A DNA stretch of 64,000 nucleotides from Bacteroidia bacterium (lineage in GTDB: Bacteria > Bacteroidota > Bacteroidia > UKL13-3), in NCBI GenBank assembly GCA_041675505.1, contig JBAYTR010000004.1, forward strand, positions 52,036 to 116,035, written 5' to 3'. A program made the translations under genes and the position numbers. Within the stretch, counting starts at the first letter, position 1; each line of letters opens with the position of its first letter. Of the stretch, positions 56,373 to 64,000 are shown one piece after another. The notes beneath the pieces were generated by a model. It had not been told where the DNA came from, made no database searches, and saw only the letters and a program-made list of their open reading frames with translations.

Positions 56373-58625
56373 ATGAAACCACACACCCTACTTTTAACCT
56401 CGTTGCTTATTGCTGTGGGCTTTTCACCCGTTAATGCACAAACTTTTTATCAGGTTGACTCCGTTCAAACTATTGAAATAACCTTTACCCAAAGCAATTG
56501 GGACTACCAGATGGACACTGCCAAAGCCGGATTGGAAGACTACATTGTGGCAGCAGAGTGTAAAGTAAACGGAGTGAGTTTTCAAAATGTAGGCGTGAAA
56601 TACAAAGGCAACAGTTCTTACCGTTCCAACCAAACGAAAAATCCTTTGCACATTGAGTTGGATTACATCAACGACAAACAAAATTATCAGGGATACAAAG
56701 ACATTAAACTGGGCAACGGTTTCAGCGACCCCAGTTTTGTGCGCGAGGTGTTGAGCTATGAAATTCTGCGCAACTACATGAGTGCACCGCTGAGCAATTA
56801 TGCCAAGGTATACATCAACGGCACTTACTACGGATTGTACACCTCCTCACAACACATCGGTAAAGATTTTTGCAAAAAGCATTTTTTGTCGTCACACGGC
56901 ACCTTGGTGAAATGTAACCCCGCATCAGTAATGACCTATGCTTCCGACCTCAAATACCGTGGCACCGATAGTTCACTTTACTCCAACCACTACGAAATAA
57001 AATCTGATAACGGCTGGAAAGATCTGATTGATTTGTGTGACATACTGAATAACAACACCACTGACCTGGAACAGGTAATGGACATGGACAAAGCCATTTG
57101 GATGCTGGCCTTCAACAACCTGTTTGTGAACCTGGACAGTTACAACGGGGGCTTTAAGCAGAACTATTATTTATATAAACCGGATAGCGCACGTTTTGCT
57201 TCCATTGTGTGGGACCTGAACATGAGCTTTGGTTCATTCACCAACGTGGGTACGGGTGGTCAGCAATCGGGTACACAATTGCAGCAATTGAGTCCGTTTG
57301 TAAACAACACCGCCAACTGGCCACTCATTCAAAAAGTAATGGCTAACCCGCAATACAAGCGCAAGTACATTGCCCATATGAAAACTATGTTGGAAGAGCA
57401 GGTAATCACCGGCAACTATTATACCCGTGCACAGCAATTACAAAACATCATCAACTCAGCTGTACAAGCTGATACCTATAAATTTTATACCTCCACACAG
57501 TTCACTCAAAACCTAACTTCCAGTGCAGGTTCAGGACCCGGTGGAGGAATCACCGGCATTAAACCCCTGATGGATGGCAGGGTAACTTACCTGCAAAGTT
57601 TAACTGAAGTTACTGCTACGGCTCCCACCATTAGCAACGTGCAGGTAAATACAGGCACACACCGCATGGGCGATACCGTGTGGATACAAGCATCCGTTAC
57701 TGGTGGCACAACTGTATTGCTTAATTACCGCAATACACGTGTAGCTCCGTTTGTGGCAACTGCCATGTTCGATGATGGTAACCACCGCGATGGTTCAGCC
57801 GGAGACAATGTTTTTGGTGCAGCATTGGTGCTTACCACAGGTTATGGTGATTATTACGTGTATGCTGAAAACAGTACTGCCGGAAAGTTTTCACCTCAAC
57901 GTGCTGAATATGAATTTTACCGTGTCAACATCAGCAACAATCTACCGGCCAATGGTACTGCGGTACTTAATGAACTGATGGCTTCCAACACCAATGGCAC
58001 AACAGATGCCAACTACGATTACGAAGACTGGATTGAACTCTATAACAACAGCAACTCAGCGGTAAGTTTAAGCGGCATGTTTCTTACTGACGATATCAGT
58101 GATTTGCAAAAATGGGCCTTCCCTGCTGATGCGGTTATACCTGCCAACGGTTACACCATAGTATGGTGTGATGAAGACAATGGCGAAAGTGGTTTTCATG
58201 CCAACTTCAAATTGCTCGCTACAGGAGAAACCCTGTGGCTGACAGACGGCACAAATGTGAAAGACAGTGTAACTTTTGGCGCGGTGCAGTCAAATGCAGC
58301 AGTAGCCAGATGTGCAAACGGCACAGGCACATTTAAAAGTGGTTTAGCTCCAAGCTTCAAATCAGAAAATTTTTGTTTTCCTGTAGGTATAACAAAATTG
58401 AGTGATGCCTTTACCCCCGTTGTGTATCCAAATCCTTCAGGCGGTTTGTTCAACATCCGCACTAGCGAGCCATTACACATTCAGGTATATTCACTTTCAG
58501 GACAATTGGTGGCAGAAGTAAACAACGGTACAACTTTTTCACTTCAACATGTGCCAGCAGGTTTATATGTGGTGCGTATGCAAGGGGCTACAGAAGTCTA
58601 TACCTGCAAAGTGCAGAAGTGGTAA
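56373..58625 (+). CDS. CotH-family protein with a lamin-tail domain and T9SS sorting domain
   Basis: CotH-like N-region (KYKGNSSY, NPLHIELDY, DPSFVREVLSYEILRNYM, VYINGTYYGLY), LTD (VLNELMASNTN...DWIELYNNSN...LTDD) and T9SS CTD (VYPNPSGGLFNI...GLYVVRM). Confidence 0.75.
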   Translation: MKPHTLLLTSLLIAVGFSPVNAQTFYQVDSVQTIEITFTQSNWDYQMDTAKAGLEDYIVAAECKVNGVSFQNVGVKYKGNSSYRSNQTKNPLHIELDYINDKQNYQGYKDIKLGNGFSDPSFVREVLSYEILRNYMSAPLSNYAKVYINGTYYGLYTSSQHIGKDFCKKHFLSSHGTLVKCNPASVMTYASDLKYRGTDSSLYSNHYEIKSDNGWKDLIDLCDILNNNTTDLEQVMDMDKAIWMLAFNNLFVNLDSYNGGFKQNYYLYKPDSARFASIVWDLNMSFGSFTNVGTGGQQSGTQLQQLSPFVNNTANWPLIQKVMANPQYKRKYIAHMKTMLEEQVITGNYYTRAQQLQNIINSAVQADTYKFYTSTQFTQNLTSSAGSGPGGGITGIKPLMDGRVTYLQSLTEVTATAPTISNVQVNTGTHRMGDTVWIQASVTGGTTVLLNYRNTRVAPFVATAMFDDGNHRDGSAGDNVFGAALVLTTGYGDYYVYAENSTAGKFSPQRAEYEFYRVNISNNLPANGTAVLNELMASNTNGTTDANYDYEDWIELYNNSNSAVSLSGMFLTDDISDLQKWAFPADAVIPANGYTIVWCDEDNGESGFHANFKLLATGETLWLTDGTNVKDSVTFGAVQSNAAVARCANGTGTFKSGLAPSFKSENFCFPVGITKLSDAFTPVVYPNPSGGLFNIRTSEPLHIQVYSLSGQLVAEVNNGTTFSLQHVPAGLYVVRMQGATEVYTCKVQKW

Positions 58626-58628
58626 ACC

Positions 58629-59096
58629 TTACTTTACAGGTCGGAAGAACTGCACCTTGCCGCTTTTAATATCGTCAAGGTTATATTCATTCAGCATTAC
58701 CCGTTTTACATTGTTAATGTTCTGCTCAGCTAAAACAAGTTGCCGTGAACTGCGTACCTCATACACCACAGCGGTATGTTTAATCATGCTCCAGCGTGTA
58801 GTGCTGCTTCCCTCTTTGTGTTCCATAGTAACACCTGTAAACTGAATGATGTCACCCGGCAGCAAAGAATCTTTTTCAAATTTTAACAGCTTTCCAAACA
58901 ACAGCGGTCGCTCCCATTTAGCTTGTGCATAGGTAAGCGCCTGATTGGCCAAATCCCAACACTCGCCTCTATCTACCTTTTTACCCACCACGGTTTTTAC
59001 ATACTGAATAACCAGTGCATTCATTTCAGGCAGTTCTTTTTGAGAAGGTTGGTTAAAGAAACAAAAGGAAAGTAAAAGTAACACTAAAGATTTCAT
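58629..59096 (-). CDS. CHAP/NlpC-P60-like cysteine peptidase-fold protein
   Basis: Trimmed to the ATG at 59096 (signal peptide MKSLVLLLLSFCFF), because the longer ORF would overlap lhgO. Candidate catalytic Cys in RGECWDLA and His in KHTAVVY. Confidence 0.55.
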   Translation of the reverse strand: MKSLVLLLLSFCFFNQPSQKELPEMNALVIQYVKTVVGKKVDRGECWDLANQALTYAQAKWERPLLFGKLLKFEKDSLLPGDIIQFTGVTMEHKEGSSTTRWSMIKHTAVVYEVRSSRQLVLAEQNINNVKRVMLNEYNLDDIKSGKVQFFRPVK

Positions 59097-59159
59097 GGTA
59101 TAAATATAAGCAATTACAAATGCCGTAATAACGTATTTTCGTGCCAAATTGTACAGCAC

Positions 59160-60356
59160 ATGACTTACGATGTAGTAATTATAGGCGGAGGAATTGTAGG
59201 ATTGGCCACTGCCCTTAAGATAAAAGAACAAAAACCTCAACTATCCGTTGTTTTACTTGAAAAAGAAGCGGGTGTGGCTCGCCACCAAACGGGTCACAAT
59301 AGCGGGGTAATTCACTCCGGTATTTATTACAAACCGGGTAGTCTTAAAGCACAGAATTGTTTGCGCGGTTATCACTACCTGCTTGACTTTTGTAAAAAGA
59401 ACGACATCCGCTTCGATTTGTGCGGGAAAATAATTGTGTCAACCGCTGAGCATGAACTGCAGCCTATGGAAAACGTTTACCAACGCGGATTGCAAAACGG
59501 TTTACAAGGAATGAAAAAATTGAGTGCAGGTGAGTTGAAAGAATATGAACCACATGTAAACGGCATTGCGGGAATTTTTGTACCACAAACAGGCATCATT
59601 GATTACAAAGAAGTATCAGCTAAAATCGCTGAAAATTTTCAGCAATACGGTGGACATGTGCTCACCTCCTCGAAAGTAACAGACATTAAGTACAATGGAA
59701 CACTAAGTGAGGTAATAACCGAAGATAGCACGTATACTGGTCGTTTAGTAATTAACTGTGCCGGCCTCCATTCAGATAAAGTAGCTGCACTTACACGTGA
59801 AAAACTGGATGTGCGCATTATTCCTTTTCGTGGCGAATATTTTCTGCTCAAAAAAGAAAAACAGGGTTTGGTTAAAAACCTCATTTACCCGGTACCTGAT
59901 CCCAACTTCCCCTTCTTGGGAGTACATTTTACCCGCATGATTCACGGTGAAGTGGAAGCCGGCCCCAATGCCGTGTTTGCCTTTAAACGAGAAGGCTACA
60001 AAAAAACCGACATCAACATCAAAGAAACTTTTGAGTCGTTGATGTGGCCGGGATTTCAGAAAGTGATGGCCAAATACTGGAAAACAGGCATGGGTGAGTT
60101 TTACCGTTCCTTCTCCAAAGCAGCCTTTACCAAAGCTTTGCAGCGTTTAATTCCTGAAGTACAGGAAGATGACTTAATTCCGGCAGGAGCAGGAGTACGC
60201 GCACAAGCCTGCGACCGCACAGGTGGTTTAATTGATGATTTCCTGATTCTTGAAGACGAACACGTTATTAATGTGTGCAACGCTCCTTCACCTGCAGCCA
60301 CTTCTTCCCTGTCCATTGGTCATACTTTAGCTGACATGGCCGTGAAAAGATTTTAA
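59160..60356 (+). CDS. lhgO: L-2-hydroxyglutarate oxidase (FAD-dependent)
   Basis: YDVVIIGGGIVGLATA FAD fold and RHQTGHNSGVIHSGIYYKPGSLKA, the characteristic LhgO stretch. Confidence 0.85.
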   Translation: MTYDVVIIGGGIVGLATALKIKEQKPQLSVVLLEKEAGVARHQTGHNSGVIHSGIYYKPGSLKAQNCLRGYHYLLDFCKKNDIRFDLCGKIIVSTAEHELQPMENVYQRGLQNGLQGMKKLSAGELKEYEPHVNGIAGIFVPQTGIIDYKEVSAKIAENFQQYGGHVLTSSKVTDIKYNGTLSEVITEDSTYTGRLVINCAGLHSDKVAALTREKLDVRIIPFRGEYFLLKKEKQGLVKNLIYPVPDPNFPFLGVHFTRMIHGEVEAGPNAVFAFKREGYKKTDINIKETFESLMWPGFQKVMAKYWKTGMGEFYRSFSKAAFTKALQRLIPEVQEDDLIPAGAGVRAQACDRTGGLIDDFLILEDEHVINVCNAPSPAATSSLSIGHTLADMAVKRF

Positions 60357-60556
60357 TGCAACCATTAATTACCCGCTGTTAAATGTCAACCCTGATGTGT
60401 CAATCATCAAGTCAAAACATTTTTCAAAAAAAATCAGATTCAATTTCAGCATGTTAAATAATTATTAAAAAAATATTTAGTCGAAAACTTGCACGGGATT
60501 AATTTCTATGCTTACTTCGTACTCGCAGACAGATAGGTTTTTCATAGTTTCCAAAC

Positions 60557-60586
60557 AGGCCACCCTTCGGGTGGCCTTTTGGTTTT
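60557..60586 (+). terminator. Strong rho-independent terminator 200 nt downstream of the lhgO stop
   Basis: aggccaccc-ttcg-ggtggcct stem-loop (UUCG-type loop) followed by ttttggttttt. Confidence 0.75.
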
Positions 60587-60659
60587 TATACACTTCGGGT
60601 TTTCATCAAACTCATTCTGCTTCTACAAACACTCATATTTTTCCTTATTTTCGTGCTGC

Positions 60660-62699
60660 ATGAATTTTCTTTATCCGCAGTTTTTGTGGGCGCTGCTTGC
60701 GCTGGCCATTCCTGTTATCATTCACCTGTTTCACTTTCGCAGATACAAGACCGTATTCTTCAGCAACCTTCGTTTTCTTAAAAACTTACAGGAACAAACA
60801 CAGCAACAACAAAAACTTAAACACCTGTTAGTGCTCATGAGCAGGTTGCTCGCACTTACCTTTTTGATACTTGCTTTTGCCCAACCGTACTTTAACGAAA
60901 ATAACCCTGAAAAATTAAAGGCCACAAAAGCCATCAGTGTGTTTATTGACAACTCCTTTTCCATGACCAACAATGGCGGAAACGGAGAACTGCTGGAAAA
61001 TGCAAAAGCCAAAGCACGCGAACTGGCACTGGCACATAAGGAGAGCGATAAATTTCAGCTTATCACCAATGATTTTGAAGCCAGGCACCAACGTTTAGTT
61101 ACCCGCAATGATTTTATTCAACTGATTGACGAGGTAAAGCCCACTTTTGCTTCGCGCCAACTGAGTGATGTTTTGGTGAGGCAACAGCAAGCCTTGTCGA
61201 AAGCCGGGGATGCACAACGCAACCTGTATCTTATCAGTGATTTTCAATCGGCACAAACCAATGCCGGGGAATGGAACACAGATACAACTACCCGATTGAA
61301 CCTTATTCCACTTGCACCTGCCTTACTGAGCAATATTTATGTTGACTCCTGCTGGTTTGCTTCTCCTTACATTCAATTGAATCAACCTGCCAAACTATTG
61401 GTAAGACTGCGAAATGCAGGGGAAAATGCGATTAAGAATAATTCTGTAATACTAAAAATTAACGGACAACAAAAAGCTTTGGGAGGCTTTGAAATTCAGG
61501 GCAATTCTTATACTGATGTAACACTTGGCTTTACACTCAACAGTAGCGGAAGTTTTGCCGCAGAAGTTGCTGTTACCGATAATCCCATCACCTTTGATGA
61601 TAAACTGTTTCTGAGCTTTTATGTAAAAAAAGAGGTGAACATATTGCAGGTATACGGTAATCAACCCAACCCATACATCCATGCTGTTTTTGCTTCCGAC
61701 AATTTCTGTAAAGTAACTGCGGTAAGTGAAAAACAAATTGATTACTCCGCCTTCAATATCAACCAACTGGTTGTGCTTGACGGAGTAAGCAACCTGAGCA
61801 GCGGCATGCAAATGGAACTTACCCGTTTGGTAAATAACGGTGGCAGCGTCTTACTCATACCGCCTTCAGCAGATGTGGCAGCGGCCGTTAGTTCTCACAG
61901 TGAATGGCTCAAATCATGGGGAATTAACAGCAGCAACACCATAGTAAACAGCAATGAAGCCATAGAACGCATTAACCTCCAATCGCAGGTACTGGCTGAT
62001 GTATTTGAGAAAACGCCCAAGAATCCTGACCTGCCTAAAATTCTGAAATATTATAATCTGAACGATAACACTTCACGCGGAGTGGAAAAAGTGCTCTCCC
62101 TGCGCAATGATGACGCTATTTGGAGTGTGTACAAAAGAGGCAAAGGGAAAATTTATGTATCAGCCGTGCCGTTCGACAACAAATGGAGCAACCTGCCCGA
62201 GCACGCTTTGTTTGTTCCGCTTATGCTTAAAACGGCTTACCTGAGTGAGGTTCCGGCACGTTTGTATTATACCCTGAATAAAGACGCATTGGCCAACTTA
62301 CCCGTTCAACCTGCCGGAAAAGAAAAAACACTTACACTGGAGCTGGGACAAAACAACAGTATTTTACCTGCTGAGCGTAATGGTGCGCAAACACAACTGT
62401 ACTTTAATGAACAGTTGAAAGAAGCCGGCAATTACCTGCTGAAAGGCAGTTCAGTTAACCCGTATTACCTGGCCATGAACTATAACCGACAAGAATCAGG
62501 AATGACTTTTTTAACTCCTGATGACATACGCGAGCTTAACCCTTCCCTGCGTTTTAATCTGCTCAGTTCCGATGGCAAATCAATAAGTACTTTGCTGAGT
62601 GAACAGGAACGCGGAAGCCGGCTCTGGAAACTTTGTATTGCACTGGCTTTGGTTTTTCTGCTAATAGAGATACTTTTGTTAAAATTCTACCGCCCATGA
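60660..62699 (+). CDS. BatA-type N-terminal double-TM domain protein
   Basis: The ATG at 60660 gives MNFLYPQFLWALLALAIPVIIHLFHFRR, the aerotolerance BatA-N signature. The body is a large extracytoplasmic region with a C-terminal TM. Confidence 0.7.
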   Translation: MNFLYPQFLWALLALAIPVIIHLFHFRRYKTVFFSNLRFLKNLQEQTQQQQKLKHLLVLMSRLLALTFLILAFAQPYFNENNPEKLKATKAISVFIDNSFSMTNNGGNGELLENAKAKARELALAHKESDKFQLITNDFEARHQRLVTRNDFIQLIDEVKPTFASRQLSDVLVRQQQALSKAGDAQRNLYLISDFQSAQTNAGEWNTDTTTRLNLIPLAPALLSNIYVDSCWFASPYIQLNQPAKLLVRLRNAGENAIKNNSVILKINGQQKALGGFEIQGNSYTDVTLGFTLNSSGSFAAEVAVTDNPITFDDKLFLSFYVKKEVNILQVYGNQPNPYIHAVFASDNFCKVTAVSEKQIDYSAFNINQLVVLDGVSNLSSGMQMELTRLVNNGGSVLLIPPSADVAAAVSSHSEWLKSWGINSSNTIVNSNEAIERINLQSQVLADVFEKTPKNPDLPKILKYYNLNDNTSRGVEKVLSLRNDDAIWSVYKRGKGKIYVSAVPFDNKWSNLPEHALFVPLMLKTAYLSEVPARLYYTLNKDALANLPVQPAGKEKTLTLELGQNNSILPAERNGAQTQLYFNEQLKEAGNYLLKGSSVNPYYLAMNYNRQESGMTFLTPDDIRELNPSLRFNLLSSDGKSISTLLSEQERGSRLWKLCIALALVFLLIEILLLKFYRP

Positions 62700-63973
62700 A
62701 GCTCCTGATATCAGAAGCTAAAATACTACAACCCGGCTCGCCACTACATGGCAAAATTTGCGATTTAGTCATTGAAGACGGCTATTTTATCCAGATAAGC
62801 TCCAAACGAATTACTGCTCCCAAAGGGGCCGATGTTATACAAGCTAAGGGCTTATGCATCTCCCCGGGATGGATGGATTTACACGCCTGCTTTCACGACC
62901 CCGGCACTGAGCACAAAGAAGATATCAATAGCGGATGCGCTGCAGCAGCCTTTGGTGGATACACCACTGTAGCAACATCCCCTGCTACTCATCCGGTAAC
63001 CCACAGCAAAAGTGAAGTGGAGTACCAGATAGCCAAAAGCAAAAATGAACTTGTACAGGTATTACCCATTGGAGCCATCAGCCTCCATCTGGAAGGTGAA
63101 CAAATGGCCGAAGTGTTCGACATGAACAACTCAGGCGCAATAGCTTTCAGCAACGGAGAACATTATATACAGAATGCCGGCTTTATGTTGCGTGTACTGC
63201 AATATACCAAAGGTTTTGGCGGAGTGGTTATTTCCCGCCCGCAGGATAGCGGCATCGCCAACTCAGCTCAGGTAAATGAAAGTGTAAATACTACCCTGCT
63301 TGGTTTAAAAGGTATACCTTCCATTGCCGAAGATGTGGCCATTGCCCGCGATATAGAACTGCTGCGCTACACCGGAGGCAGATTACACATTGCCAAAGTG
63401 AGCACTGCCACAGGAGTAGACCTTATTCGCAAAGCCAAAAAAGAAAAACTGAACATTACCTGTGACGTTTCAGTAAACAATTTACTGTTTACTGATGCCG
63501 ATATCAGCTCATACGATACCAACTTAAAAGTTACTCCACCTCTTCGTAATGCAAGTGACCGCAAGGCCTTAATTAAAGGATTGACTGACGGCACCATTGA
63601 CGCCATTTGCAGTGACCACCAGCCACAGGATACAGAAAGCAAACAGGTAGAATTTGAATATGCCCGGTATGGGGCCATTGGTTTACAAACTTGTTTTGCG
63701 GCCCTCAACACCTACCTGAGCAATGAACTTTCTACCGAACTGGTAGTGCAAAAACTTAGCGAAGGAGCACGCAAAGTATTAAACATGGATGTTCCAGCAA
63801 TAGCAGAAAAATCAAGAGCTGAATTCACGCTGTTTGACACTGAAGCCGAATGGAACTTCACTCCTGCCATTAACCAATCCAAATCCAATAATACATCCCT
63901 GTTGCATAAGTCGCTTAAAGGAAAAGCGGTGGCTGTATGCAACAAAGGAAAACTAATGATACTAACCGCATGA
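62696..63973 (+). CDS. Dihydroorotase-like amidohydrolase (HxH motif degenerate)
   Basis: ATGA overlap with the upstream gene. Amidohydrolase layout with PGWMDLHACFHDPG, where DxHxH is expected, and a conserved CSDHQP Asp-His near the C-terminus. Confidence 0.75.
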   Translation: MKLLISEAKILQPGSPLHGKICDLVIEDGYFIQISSKRITAPKGADVIQAKGLCISPGWMDLHACFHDPGTEHKEDINSGCAAAAFGGYTTVATSPATHPVTHSKSEVEYQIAKSKNELVQVLPIGAISLHLEGEQMAEVFDMNNSGAIAFSNGEHYIQNAGFMLRVLQYTKGFGGVVISRPQDSGIANSAQVNESVNTTLLGLKGIPSIAEDVAIARDIELLRYTGGRLHIAKVSTATGVDLIRKAKKEKLNITCDVSVNNLLFTDADISSYDTNLKVTPPLRNASDRKALIKGLTDGTIDAICSDHQPQDTESKQVEFEYARYGAIGLQTCFAALNTYLSNELSTELVVQKLSEGARKVLNMDVPAIAEKSRAEFTLFDTEAEWNFTPAINQSKSNNTSLLHKSLKGKAVAVCNKGKLMILTA

Positions 63974-64000
63974 CACAACATCCTCCAGTACACCTTCACT
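63970..64000 (+). CDS. Start of a further translationally coupled ORF (truncated by the window end)
   Basis: The ATG at 63970 overlaps the preceding TGA (ATGA). Only 10 codons (MTQHPPVHLH) are visible. Confidence 0.3.
   Translation, partial: MTQHPPVHLH

Noticed and set aside
1-64000. I looked for tRNA, rRNA, CRISPR arrays, transposases, integrases, and flanking direct repeats at the two AT-rich islands.
   Set aside because: Reading by eye found no cloverleaf-type conserved tRNA sequences (such as GGTTCGAATCC), no regularly spaced repeats, no DDE or tyrosine-recombinase-like ORFs, and no convincing direct repeats at the island borders. A computational scan (tRNAscan-SE, minced, ISfinder BLAST) would be needed to be certain.

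Overview
This 64-kb window looks like a Bacteroidota chromosome segment. Supporting signs are T9SS C-terminal sorting domains, TAnnTTTG-type -7 promoter boxes, and bamD-rpoZ-coaBC-DUF4835-recN synteny. It is densely coding, with about 60 CDS, mostly housekeeping. These include ddl (partial), tsaD, a TamB-like giant protein, fabI, a 10-gene caa3-type cytochrome c oxidase and biogenesis cluster (17.1-26.1 kb), recA, nth, an ECF sigma factor, uvrA, PhoH/PIN, a CDF transporter, a sigma-54 response regulator, lhgO, and three T9SS cargo proteins. I recognised no rRNA, tRNA, CRISPR array, transposase or integrase. Two visibly AT-rich insertions interrupt the core. (1) 51.5-54.8 kb holds one 933-aa gene read as Swt1-like HEPN (Rx4H), NB-ARC/STAND P-loop NTPase, TPR array and a cold-shock-like OB fold. 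It is my best candidate for an uncharacterised single-gene defence or abortive-infection sensor. (2) 5.0-7.45 kb holds four co-oriented orphan genes, three of them preceded by a copy of one 26-bp palindrome. Smaller observations include a 13-bp inverted repeat bracketing the promoter of an HTH regulator, a CarF/PEDS1-type lipid desaturase whose 3' end overlaps a GDPD gene, an N-terminal cytochrome c fusion on CoxII, and a dihydroorotase-like protein with a degenerate HxH motif. All domain calls come from reading motifs by eye; no database search was run.
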